64,000 nucleotides of DNA. Origin: an uncultured Clostridia bacterium (GTDB lineage: Bacteria; Bacillota; Clostridia; Oscillospirales; CAG-272). Position numbers and translations under genes: made by a program. The stretch is taken from NCBI GenBank assembly GCA_947626065.1, contig CANQQT010000005.1:12252-76251 (forward strand), in the 5' to 3' direction. The notes under the pieces were generated by a model. It made no database searches, was not told where the DNA came from, and worked only from the letters and a program-made list of their open reading frames with translations. Shown piece after piece: positions 8,109 to 16,881 of this stretch (the first letter of the stretch is position 1; each line of letters starts with the position of its first letter).

Positions 8109-9014
8109 TCAGCTTTCCCCGGTGCCCGCGCTCTCCTCTGCCGTCGGCGTCTCCTTCTTTGCCTTCCCGGCCCTCGCCTTTTTCTTCGGAATCCGGTTTT
8201 CAAGGAAGGTGTTGATTCCCGCGCCGACAAGGAGAATTTCCATACAGGCGTAAAGCCAGAGCATGACGACGATCAGCGAGGTCAGGCTCCCGTAAATATA
8301 GGAATAATTCGCATAGTTTTCGATATAGAACTCAAAGAACCGGGAGTAGAGAAACCACCCGATTGCCGAGAAAAACGCGCCGGTCAGCTGAGAGAAGAAC
8401 TTCACCTTCCGTCCCGCGTAGCCCTTGTAGGTCAGCGCGAAAACCGCGCTCAGGATGATGAGAAAGGCCCCGCTGTTCAGAAGTCGGAGAAAAACGTAGG
8501 CCGTTTCGGAGGTGGTATACGACAGAATCAAATCGCCGAAAACCCAGATGACCAGCGTCATAATGACGGTAAGCAGGTAGATGAGGGTATAGAGAACCGC
8601 CCTTGCCGCGTAGACGGGGAGCCACTTTTCCCCTTTTCCGCCGTAGACGTTGCGGATACCCGCTCCGATTCCCCGGATGCCCCGGGAGGCCGACCAGAGA
8701 AGGGCGACGGCGCTGACGGAGATCAGCTGCATATTCGATTTTGCCGACACCTCGTCGAGGAGGAGGGTCACCAGCGCCGAAAATTCCTCCGGAACGCGGT
8801 TGAGAATCGCCTCCTTGATCATGCCGCCCTCACGCGGAATCAGAAGACCGGCCAGCGTCAGAATGAGGATCAGGAAGGGGAGCGCCGAAATCGTGATGAA
8901 AAAGGAAGCCTGCGCGGCATACACCCGAATACGGCATCTCTCCACCCAGCCGTTGATTTTCCCGACGACCCGGATACAAAAATTTAAAAAGCGGTTTTTC
9001 ACCGAAAACTGCAT
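8109..9014 (-). CDS. yihY: YihY/BrkB-family integral membrane protein
   Basis: Multi-TM protein. I chose the internal ATG at 9014 (MQFSVKNRF...), because the longer track ORF to 9167 would overlap the upstream dagK-like gene by 100 nt. Confidence 0.75.
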   Translation of the reverse strand: MQFSVKNRFLNFCIRVVGKINGWVERCRIRVYAAQASFFITISALPFLILILTLAGLLIPREGGMIKEAILNRVPEEFSALVTLLLDEVSAKSNMQLISVSAVALLWSASRGIRGIGAGIRNVYGGKGEKWLPVYAARAVLYTLIYLLTVIMTLVIWVFGDLILSYTTSETAYVFLRLLNSGAFLIILSAVFALTYKGYAGRKVKFFSQLTGAFFSAIGWFLYSRFFEFYIENYANYSYIYGSLTSLIVVMLWLYACMEILLVGAGINTFLENRIPKKKARAGKAKKETPTAEESAGTGES

Positions 9015-9066
9015 CTTTGTTTCACCGATTTTGAAATAGATTTGCGAAAAGGCAAGGCGCCGCGAC

Positions 9067-9957
9067 TCATACCAGCAGTCGGATGGCACCGGGGAGGCAC
9101 TCGACCTCCGCGCACCGGATATCCCCCGCGTACTCCCCGTCCGTACAGTAGGAGGGCGCCTCCTCACACTCGATTTTCACCTTTTTCGTCTGTAGCAGAA
9201 TGATGTTCTTCCCGTCGTACTTCTGACTGACCAGCTGTTTCACCACGGCGGCGGTCGTGACGGGATCGGTAAGGCCGCGAACAAGGAGGAGCTCAAAGAG
9301 GCCGTCGTCCAGCCGGACCTTATCGGAGGGGAGCCGGAGAACGCCTCCCGCAGAGGTGGAATTGGTCACCGCGACCATGGCAAAATTTCCCTTGATCGTT
9401 CCTCCCTCGTAGGTAACCCTTGTCGGATAGGCCTTGCCGAGCTGAGGAATTTCCTTCGCCCCCTCCAGAATGTAGGCAAGATGCCCGATGGCGTTTTTTA
9501 CCTTCTGCTGGGCGGAGAAGGAGGCCTTCGTGAAGATACCGTAGGAGGTAATATAGGAAAAATACCGTTCCCCGTTCAGCACCCCGACGTCGAGATTCAG
9601 AACCTTGCGGGAGGCGATGTCAAAGGAAGCGGCGTTCACGCTTTTCGGGAGTCCCAACGTCGCCGCAAAATCGTTGGTGGACCCGCAGGGATAATAGAGA
9701 AGGGGCGGGCGGATTTCGCTTTTCAGCAGGCCGCTGATGACCTCGTTCAGCGTGCCATCCCCGCCACAGCAGACCATGAGATCGCAGAGCGAGCTGTACT
9801 GCTCCGCGATGAGGGAGGCGTCTCCCCGCGATTTGGTGATGTGAAGAATGGTTTCGTAATCCTGTTTTTCCACCAGGGCGACGAGGTCAAGAAGATCGCG
9901 CTTCATCTGCCTCTTCCCGGCGACCGGATTAACAACAATGACTGCTTTTTTGCTCAT
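9067..9957 (-). CDS. Diacylglycerol/lipid kinase family protein (YegS/DagK-like)
   Basis: Contains MSKKAVIVVNPVAGK and CCGGDGTLNEV motifs. Start at ATG 9957 with an AAAGAGG RBS. Confidence 0.85.
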   Translation of the reverse strand: MSKKAVIVVNPVAGKRQMKRDLLDLVALVEKQDYETILHITKSRGDASLIAEQYSSLCDLMVCCGGDGTLNEVISGLLKSEIRPPLLYYPCGSTNDFAATLGLPKSVNAASFDIASRKVLNLDVGVLNGERYFSYITSYGIFTKASFSAQQKVKNAIGHLAYILEGAKEIPQLGKAYPTRVTYEGGTIKGNFAMVAVTNSTSAGGVLRLPSDKVRLDDGLFELLLVRGLTDPVTTAAVVKQLVSQKYDGKNIILLQTKKVKIECEEAPSYCTDGEYAGDIRCAEVECLPGAIRLLV

Positions 9958-10067
9958 AGGGAACCTCTTTCCGGGCTTCCATCGTTTTCTGCCTTCCAAA
10001 CCGTCCGAAAAAGGGCGGACTGAGGAACGGTGCGAAACAGCAGTAAGTTCATTATATTCCTACAATA

Positions 10068-10083
10068 TTGATAAATTTATCAA
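10068..10083. promoter_or_regulatory. Perfect 16-bp palindrome TTGATAAATTTATCAA; candidate operator in the dagK/asnA divergent region
   Basis: Exact inverted repeat read directly from the sequence, sitting in the only strongly AT-rich stretch between two divergent genes. Confidence 0.5.
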
Positions 10084-10141
10084 AATGTTTGAATAATTTA
10101 TAAATTCTGTAAAGGGGATAAAATATTTTGCAAAAAAAGTA

Positions 10142-10170
10142 TAGACATTTCCTTTTTCATATAGTAAAAT
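10142..10170 (+). promoter_or_regulatory. Candidate asnA promoter
   Basis: TAGACA, then 17 nt, then TAAAAT, about 170 nt upstream of the asnA ATG. Confidence 0.4.
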
Positions 10171-10337
10171 AGGAGGGTATTCTCTGTTTTCCGTTTTCCC
10201 GCGCGGGCTCGCCTCCGAAAAGAAGGCCGTTCCGAAGACACGCGGCATACCGCGTGGGCCTCCCGGGACGGAAAGCGACTCAAACTCAGGAAAGGACGGC
10301 CGCGGCGCCTCACCTGCCGACAGGCCGACAGCATCCC

Positions 10338-11342
10338 ATGTCTCTCATTCTTCCGAAAAACTACCGCTCCCTTCTCAACACAAGGCAGACGCAGATTGCC
10401 ATCAAAAAGGTGAAGGACTTCTTCGAGCGCGACCTTGCGATTCAGCTTGATCTGACCCGCGTCACGGCCCCGCTTTTCGTCTCCCGTGCCTCGGGACTGA
10501 ACGACAACTTAAACGGCGTCGAGCGCCCGGTTTCCTTCGACATCCGGGGCCTTCCCGAGGAGGCCGAAATCGTCCATTCCCTCGCGAAATGGAAGAGAAT
10601 CGCCCTGAAGAAATACGGCTTCTGCCCCGGGGAAGGGCTTTACACCGATATGAACGCCATCCGCCGCGACGAGGAAACCGACAACATTCACTCGGTTTTC
10701 GTCGACCAGTGGGACTGGGAGCGCATCATTTTGAGGGAGGAGCGGACGGAAAAGACCTTGAAGGAGACGGTGGAAAAGATTTACACCGCCCTGCGCCACA
10801 CCGAAAAATACATCGCCGACGACTACGCCTTCGCCTCCCGCCTGCTCCCGGAAAAAATCACCTTTCTCACCTCTCAGGAGCTGGAGGACCGTTACCCTTC
10901 CCTCTCCCCGAAGGAGCGGGAAAACGCGGCGGCGAAGGAATACGGCGCCATCTTCCTGATGAAAATCGGCGGGGCGCTTCGCTCCGGGAAGCCCCACGAC
11001 GGGCGCGCGCCCGATTACGACGACTGGGAGCTGAACGGCGATATCATCGTCTACTATGAGGTTCTCGACTCTGCCTTTGAGCTTTCCTCGATGGGCATCC
11101 GCGTCGACAGAGAGTCGCTTCTCCGTCAGCTCGCCGCAAGCGGCTGCGAGGAGCGCGCTTCCCTCCCCTTCCACCGCGCGCTGATTAACGGAGGGCTTCC
11201 CTATACGGTGGGCGGCGGCATCGGGCAGTCCCGCATCTGTATGTTCTTCCTTCACAAGGCCCATATCGGGGAGGTGCAGGCCTCTCTTTGGGACGAAGCC
11301 ACAAGGAAAGCCTGCGAGGAGGCCGGGATCGTCCTGCTCTGA
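10338..11342 (+). CDS. asnA: Aspartate-ammonia ligase (asparagine synthetase A)
   Basis: Starts MSLILPKNYRSLLNTRQTQIAIKKVKDFF. Contains HSLAKWKR, SVFVDQWDWE, FELSSMGIRVD and GGGIGQSR motifs. I preferred ATG 10338 over the GTG at 10254 given in the track. Confidence 0.9.
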   Translation: MSLILPKNYRSLLNTRQTQIAIKKVKDFFERDLAIQLDLTRVTAPLFVSRASGLNDNLNGVERPVSFDIRGLPEEAEIVHSLAKWKRIALKKYGFCPGEGLYTDMNAIRRDEETDNIHSVFVDQWDWERIILREERTEKTLKETVEKIYTALRHTEKYIADDYAFASRLLPEKITFLTSQELEDRYPSLSPKERENAAAKEYGAIFLMKIGGALRSGKPHDGRAPDYDDWELNGDIIVYYEVLDSAFELSSMGIRVDRESLLRQLAASGCEERASLPFHRALINGGLPYTVGGGIGQSRICMFFLHKAHIGEVQASLWDEATRKACEEAGIVLL

Positions 11343-11556
11343 CCACCTTTCGCACAGCTTGTCGCTTTCAAGCGGGGGGCGGGAAGTGCCGACCGAACGC
11401 GAACGGACACCAAACAAGCGACACCAAAACCGATCAAACGTCGAATAGAAGCAAACAGGACGCCCGCCGAACGCTTGACCGAAACCCACCCGGACACCAA
11501 ATGAGCAAAGCCGGACGCCGACTACAAACGACAAAACACCTCAAAGAGGAGCCGCT

Positions 11557-12261
11557 ATGAACAGAAAAGCCGTTTTTCTCGATCTTGACGATACGATTCT
11601 TGACTTTCACCGCTCGGAGGCCTTCGCGCTGAGCAAAACCCTTTCCACCGTCGGAGTCGATCCGACGCCGGAGCGGATCTCCCTTTACAGCGCCGTCAAC
11701 GACGCGCAGTGGAAGCTCCTTGAAAAAGGGGAGCTGACGCGGGACGAGGTTTTGACCCGGCGCTTCAAGATTTTCTTTGAGCAAATCGGGCTCTCCCTGC
11801 CGGCCCTGCAAATCCGGCACATTTACGAGAAGAATCTTTCGGAAAGCGCCTTTTTTCTCCCCGGCGCCCCTACGCTACTCGACAGCCTTTCAAAAGATTT
11901 CCGGCTCTTCGCCGTCTCCAACGGAACCGCCGCGGTTCAGGACGGGAGAATTTCCCTCTCGGGAATCGGAAAGTATTTTGAAAAGATCTTCATTTCGGAA
12001 AGAATCGGCTTCAACAAGCCGGATCCCCGGTTCTTCGATTTCTGCTTTTCGGAAATCAAGGAGCTGTCCCGCGCCGACACGGTTCTTATCGGCGACAGTC
12101 TGACCTCCGATATTCTGGGCGGCAAAAACGCCGGAATCGTCACGCTCTGGTTCAATCCGAAGGGCCTTCCCTGCGGGGAGACGGTTCCCGACTTCACCGC
12201 CTCCTCCCTTGAGGAAATCCCGGAAATTCTGAAAAGAATCTGGGAGGATGTGCCTTCCTGA
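11557..12261 (+). CDS. HAD-superfamily hydrolase, YjjG-like nucleotidase subfamily
   Basis: Contains the FLDLDDT (DxD) motif, SNG, and GDSLTSDILGG. AGAGGAG RBS. Confidence 0.8.
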   Translation: MNRKAVFLDLDDTILDFHRSEAFALSKTLSTVGVDPTPERISLYSAVNDAQWKLLEKGELTRDEVLTRRFKIFFEQIGLSLPALQIRHIYEKNLSESAFFLPGAPTLLDSLSKDFRLFAVSNGTAAVQDGRISLSGIGKYFEKIFISERIGFNKPDPRFFDFCFSEIKELSRADTVLIGDSLTSDILGGKNAGIVTLWFNPKGLPCGETVPDFTASSLEEIPEILKRIWEDVPS

Positions 12262-12373
12262 GGGCCTTTTCCCCCCGAAAGAGGCCCTCGGAACCGTCGT
12301 TTTCCGGCAAAAGAGACCGTACTGTGGCCCGACGACAAAATTTTCCCCTGTAAATCCTTTTTTAAACGAAAGA

Positions 12374-12415
12374 AGAGCGTTTCACCGAAATTTCCGGTGA
12401 AACGCTCTTTTCTTA
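12374..12415. terminator. Bidirectional terminator between the convergent HAD and ilvE genes
   Basis: 14-bp perfect stem AGAGCGTTTCACCG / CGGTGAAACGCTCT. T-rich on the plus side, with a run of six T followed by AAACGAAAG on the other side. Confidence 0.7.
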
Positions 12416-12558
12416 CGAATGAGGAGTCCAACTCTTGTCCACTTCTTGCTGATGAGAAACCGGCCTCTTAAAGACAGGGCATTCTCTTTCAAATGAGGCG
12501 TCGACTTCGTGGGTCTCCCCTCTTGCCGGGGAAGGACAAGCCGGGCTTAAGCTTTGAC

Positions 12559-13626
12559 TTAAACCTTGACTCTCCAGCCGAACTCATCGGCGACCTTTCC
12601 GGTCTGTACGCCGGTGATGAAGTCGTAGAGGCTCTTGCTGAACGGGCCGATACCGCCGTCTCCGATGGTAAAGACCTCATCCTTATAGCGGAGCTTTCCG
12701 ACGGGGGAAATCACAGCCGCCGTACCGGAGCCGAAGACCTCCTCCAGCTTGCCGTTCTTCTGCGCCTCGATCAGCTCGTCGACGGAAATCCTCCGCTCCT
12801 CGCAGGGAACGCCCTTCTTCCGGCAATAGGTGAGAACGGAATCCCTCGTGATTCCGGGAAGAATGCTTCCGTTGAGCATCGGAGTCACAACCTTCCCGTC
12901 AATCTTGAAGAAGATGTTCATCGCGCCGACTTCCTCTATGTACTTTCTCTCGACGCCATCGAGCCAAAGCACCTGCGAATAGCCGTCCTCATGCGCCTTT
13001 TCCTGCGCCGCAAGGCTGCAAGCGTAGTTTCCGCCCGTCTTGGCAAAGCCCATGCCGCCCCGGACGGCGCGGACGTATTCGTCCTCAATCCAGATTCCGA
13101 CCGGTTCGAGGCCGTTTTTGTAATAAGCCCCGCTCGGGGAGAGGATGACGAGAAACAAATAGTTGTGAGAAGGCGCCACGCCGAGAAATTCGTCGGTGGC
13201 GATGATGAAGGGCCGGATATAGAGAGAGGTTCCCTCGTCGGAGGGAATCCAATCCCTGTCGATATCCACCACGGCCTTCACGGCCTGAACAAAATCCTCC
13301 TCCGGCAGATAGGGGATGCAGAGACGGCGGTTGGAGTTGTTGGCCCGCTTGGCGTTCATATCGGGGCGGAAGAGATAGGCCTCCCCGTTCTCTCCCCGAT
13401 AGGCCTTCAGCCCCTCGAACATTTCCTGTCCGTAATGGAAGACCATGGCGGAGGGGTCAAGGGTGATCGGGCCGTAGGGGACGACACGGGGGTCGTACCA
13501 GCCCTTCCCCTCGGTATAGTTCATGACAAACATATGATCGGTGAAAATCTGTCCGAAGGGGAGAGGCTTTCCCGCTTCCGGCTTGGCCTTCGGATTCGGA
13601 TTGCGTTCAATACGGATATTCAGCAT
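12559..13626 (-). CDS. ilvE: Branched-chain amino-acid aminotransferase
   Basis: 355 aa. Contains FTDHMF, HYGQEMFEGLKAYR, and the class IV aminotransferase pattern. Confidence 0.9.
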   Translation of the reverse strand: MLNIRIERNPNPKAKPEAGKPLPFGQIFTDHMFVMNYTEGKGWYDPRVVPYGPITLDPSAMVFHYGQEMFEGLKAYRGENGEAYLFRPDMNAKRANNSNRRLCIPYLPEEDFVQAVKAVVDIDRDWIPSDEGTSLYIRPFIIATDEFLGVAPSHNYLFLVILSPSGAYYKNGLEPVGIWIEDEYVRAVRGGMGFAKTGGNYACSLAAQEKAHEDGYSQVLWLDGVERKYIEEVGAMNIFFKIDGKVVTPMLNGSILPGITRDSVLTYCRKKGVPCEERRISVDELIEAQKNGKLEEVFGSGTAAVISPVGKLRYKDEVFTIGDGGIGPFSKSLYDFITGVQTGKVADEFGWRVKV

Positions 13627-13659
13627 GATAACATCAAATCCCTTCGTTTGTTTTCTGAC

Positions 13660-14733
13660 TTAAATTCTTTCGAGAATTTTTTCCGTCATTTCGGTACAGC
13701 TCAGCGGCTTCACGTCGGAGCTTCCGAGGATATCCGCCGTCCGGAATCCCTCTCTCAGCACGCGGTCGACCGCCGCCTCAATCGCGTCGGCCTCGGTCAT
13801 CAGGTCGAGGGAGTAGCGGAGCATCATGGCCGCCGAGAGAATCGTCGCTATGGGGTTGGCGCGGTTCTGTCCGGCGATATCGGGGGCGGAGCCGTGAATC
13901 GGCTCATAGAGGCCGCACTTGCCGTCTCCGAGGGAGGCGGAAGGAAGCAAGCCGATGGAGCCGGTCACCTGCGACGCCTCATCCGAGAGAATATCCCCGA
14001 AAATGTTGGAGGTGACGATGACGTCGAACTGCGAAGGATTCTTCACAAGCTGCATGGCGGCGTTGTCGACCAGCATATCGGTCACCGTGACGTCGGGATA
14101 TTCCTCCGCCACCTTGTGAACCACTTCTCTCCAGAGTCGGGAGCTTTCAAGGATGTTGGCCTTGTCGATGCTCGTCACGCGGCGGCTTCTCTTTCTCGCG
14201 GTATTGAAGGCGACGCGGGCAATCCGCTCGATTTCGGCCACCGAATAGCACTCGGTGTCGTAGGCCTCCTGTCCCATTTTTCCTTCGCGGCGTCCCCGCT
14301 CTCCGAAGTAAATGCCACCCGTCAGCTCGCGGATCATCACAAGGTCAATGCCGCGTCCGGCAATATCGGCGCGAAGCGGGCATTCGGCTCTCAGGGAGTC
14401 GTAGAGCTTGGCCGGGCGGATGTTGGTGTAAAGGCCGAGGGCCGATCGCATACCGAGAAGCGCCCGTTCCGGGCGAAGATGGCCGGGGAGCGTATCCCAC
14501 TTCGGGCCTCCCACCGCACCGAGAAGCACGCTGTCGCTGGCGCGGCAACCCTCCACCGTCTCCTTCGGAAGGGGCTCCCCCGTCGCGTCGATGGCACAGC
14601 CTCCGGCAAGATAGGCGGTAAAGTCGAAGCTATGACCGTATTTTTCACCGATTTTGTTGAGAACCGAAACGGCGCTGTCGACAATTTCCGGTCCGATGCC
14701 GTCTCCCTTTAACAGTCCGATTTTAAAATTCAT
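13660..14733 (-). CDS. leuB: 3-isopropylmalate dehydrogenase
   Basis: 357 aa. Contains LKGDGIGPEI and NIFGDILSDEAS motifs. Confidence 0.95.
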   Translation of the reverse strand: MNFKIGLLKGDGIGPEIVDSAVSVLNKIGEKYGHSFDFTAYLAGGCAIDATGEPLPKETVEGCRASDSVLLGAVGGPKWDTLPGHLRPERALLGMRSALGLYTNIRPAKLYDSLRAECPLRADIAGRGIDLVMIRELTGGIYFGERGRREGKMGQEAYDTECYSVAEIERIARVAFNTARKRSRRVTSIDKANILESSRLWREVVHKVAEEYPDVTVTDMLVDNAAMQLVKNPSQFDVIVTSNIFGDILSDEASQVTGSIGLLPSASLGDGKCGLYEPIHGSAPDIAGQNRANPIATILSAAMMLRYSLDLMTEADAIEAAVDRVLREGFRTADILGSSDVKPLSCTEMTEKILERI

Positions 14734-14803
14734 AAAAATATCCTTCCTTTCGAGCCAGCCTCAAGGGCTGGGTCTGCCAGCCCGCACAGGATGGGACTTC
14801 CAA

Positions 14804-14919
14804 CCCTCGCAGGCCAGTTTTGAACGGCCCTCGCAGGCCGGGTTTGACGGCCTTACAGGCCGGTTTTGAACGGCCCTCGCACAGCCGGGGTTACCGGTCT
14901 CATGGGCCGGGTTTGACGG
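14804..14919. repeat. Five tandem 22-24 nt units in the leuD-leuB spacer
   Basis: Units start at 14804, 14828, 14851, 14874 and 14898. The consensus is CCCTCGCAGGCCGGTTTTGAACGG. More degenerate copies flank the array. Confidence 0.8.
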
Positions 14920-15014
14920 CTCCGCGTCTGTCGCGAGGCGCTTCCCGCCCAGCGGCAGATCCGAAAGCCGGTTTTGATAAAATCCGTCGCCCCACGATGC
15001 AAAGGGGCGCGTTT

Positions 15015-15509
15015 TCAGCGAATTTCGCCCTTCTTAATGGATTCAATCAGGCCGCCGTTTGCAATGATGGTCTGAATGAAGGCCGGGAAGGGCGCGGTTT
15101 TGAAGCTCTTCCCCGTCGTTTTGTCAAGGATAACGCCGTTATCCATGTCGGCCTCAAGGACGTCGCCCTCCGAAATGGCGTCGACGGCTTCGGGGCATTC
15201 GATGATCGGGAGGCCGATGTTGATGGCGTTCCGATAGAAGATGCGGGCGAAGCTCTTCGCGATGACAAGGGCAATGCCGCTCTCCTTGATGGCAATCGGC
15301 GCGTGCTCGCGGGAGGAGCCACAGCCGAAGTTCTCCCCGGCCACCATGATATCCCCGGCCTTCACGCGGGAGGTAAAGGTGGCGTCGAGATCCTCCATGC
15401 AGTGGGAAGCCAGCTCTTTTTTGTCGATGGTATTGAGATAGCGCGCCGGAATGATGACGTCGGTATCGACGTTGTTTCCGTATTTGATGACGTTTCCGTT
15501 GAATTTCAT
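15015..15509 (-). CDS. leuD: 3-isopropylmalate dehydratase small subunit
   Basis: 164 aa. Contains [14 protein letters not shown]. Confidence 0.95.
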   Translation of the reverse strand: MKFNGNVIKYGNNVDTDVIIPARYLNTIDKKELASHCMEDLDATFTSRVKAGDIMVAGENFGCGSSREHAPIAIKESGIALVIAKSFARIFYRNAINIGLPIIECPEAVDAISEGDVLEADMDNGVILDKTTGKSFKTAPFPAFIQTIIANGGLIESIKKGEIR

Positions 15510-15542
15510 AGCTCTTTCAACCTTTCTTTCGGAATCGGGGAC

Positions 15543-16802
15543 TCACAGCTTCCGCGGGTCGGAAATATATCCGGTGAGGGCAGAGGCGGCGGCGACCGCC
15601 GGGCTTGCCAGATACACCTCGGAGCCGGGATGGCCCATTCTTCCGACGAAATTGCGGTTTGTCGTGGCGACGGCCCGCTCTCCTTCGGCAAGGATTCCCA
15701 TATGTCCGCCGAGGCAGGGCCCGCAGGTCGGGGTGGAAACGACGGCTCCCGCCTCGACGAAGGATTTCAAAAGTCCCATTTCCATCGCTTCAAGGTAGAT
15801 TTTCTGCGTAGCGGGAATGACGATACAGCGCACGCCCTTTTTGACCTTTTTGCCTCTCAGAATCTTTTCGGCGATCACAAGATCCTCCAGCCGTCCGTTG
15901 GTGCAGGAGCCGATGACGACCTGATCGATCTTGATCTCCCCGACCTCTCCGATCGGATGGGTGTTTTCCGGCAGATGCGGGAAGGCGACCGTCGGCTCGA
16001 TTTTCGACAAATCGATTTCATAAACCGCCTCGTAAACGGCGTCCTCGTCCGCCCGATAAACCGTCGGCTCCTTCGCTCCCGCCTCCTTAAGGAAGGCAAG
16101 CGTTTTCTCGTCGACCTCGAAAATTCCGTTCTTTCCACCGGCCTCAATCGCCATGTTCGCCATGCAGAGGCGGTCGCTCACCGAGAGGTAACGGAGGCCG
16201 TCGCCGGTGAATTCCATCGACTTGTAGAGCGCTCCGCTGACGCCGATTTTCCCGATGATGTGAAGGATCACGTCCTTCCCGTAGACGCCCTCGGAGGGCT
16301 TCCCCGTGAGGACGAATTTCAGCGCCGGCGGCACCTTGAACCACGCCTTGCCGACCGCCATACCACAGGCCATATCGGTGGAACCGACGCCTGTCGAGAA
16401 GGCGCCGAGCGCTCCGTAGGTGCAGGTATGGGAATCGGCGCCGATGACGAGGTCTCCCGCCGTCACCAGTCCCTTTTCGGGGAGAATCGCGTGCTCCACG
16501 CCCATATCTCCGACGTCATAGTAATGCTCGATGTCCATTTCGGCGGCAAATTCGCGGCACATTTTGCACTGTCCCGCCGCCTTGATATCCTTGTTCGGGG
16601 TGAAATGGTCCATTACCATCGTCACCTTGCTTCTGTCGAACACGCGGTCGACCCCCAGCTTGGAAAACTCGCGAATCGCCACCGGCGAGGTGACGTCGTT
16701 CCCGAGGACCAGGTCAAGGTCGGCAAGAATCAACTGCCCCGCGCTTACGCTCGGCAGACCGGCGTGCTTCGCCAGAATCTTCTGCGTCATTGTCATGCCC
16801 AT
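15543..16802 (-). CDS. leuC: 3-isopropylmalate dehydratase large subunit
   Basis: Starts [15 protein letters not shown]. Contains [13 protein letters not shown] chose the start at ATG 16802, because the longer track ORF runs into cimA. Confidence 0.9.
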   Translation of the reverse strand: MGMTMTQKILAKHAGLPSVSAGQLILADLDLVLGNDVTSPVAIREFSKLGVDRVFDRSKVTMVMDHFTPNKDIKAAGQCKMCREFAAEMDIEHYYDVGDMGVEHAILPEKGLVTAGDLVIGADSHTCTYGALGAFSTGVGSTDMACGMAVGKAWFKVPPALKFVLTGKPSEGVYGKDVILHIIGKIGVSGALYKSMEFTGDGLRYLSVSDRLCMANMAIEAGGKNGIFEVDEKTLAFLKEAGAKEPTVYRADEDAVYEAVYEIDLSKIEPTVAFPHLPENTHPIGEVGEIKIDQVVIGSCTNGRLEDLVIAEKILRGKKVKKGVRCIVIPATQKIYLEAMEMGLLKSFVEAGAVVSTPTCGPCLGGHMGILAEGERAVATTNRNFVGRMGHPGSEVYLASPAVAAASALTGYISDPRKL

Positions 16803-16881
16803 AATGTTCCCGTTTCTCCGGCTTTCAGTATTTTTCTGTTTTCCGCTTTTCCACCGCCGGACAGGAAAAGCGGCCCCGGCC

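Noticed and set aside
9015-9167. Longer start for the YihY-family gene. Similar upstream alternative-start extensions appear for dagK, leuC, ilvB, ilvD, dnaG, rpoD, dgt, hflX, rpmE and several lipoprotein genes.
   Set aside because: The extensions overlap the preceding gene or lack an RBS. The internal ATGs I chose are preceded by GGAGG-like sites and give N-termini matching the family or a proper signal peptide.
14804-14919. Possible CRISPR array, here and at the other tandem repeats (25231..25418 and 34499..34716).
   Set aside because: The units abut one another with no unique spacers. The repeats are degenerate rather than near-identical, and there are no cas genes anywhere in the window.
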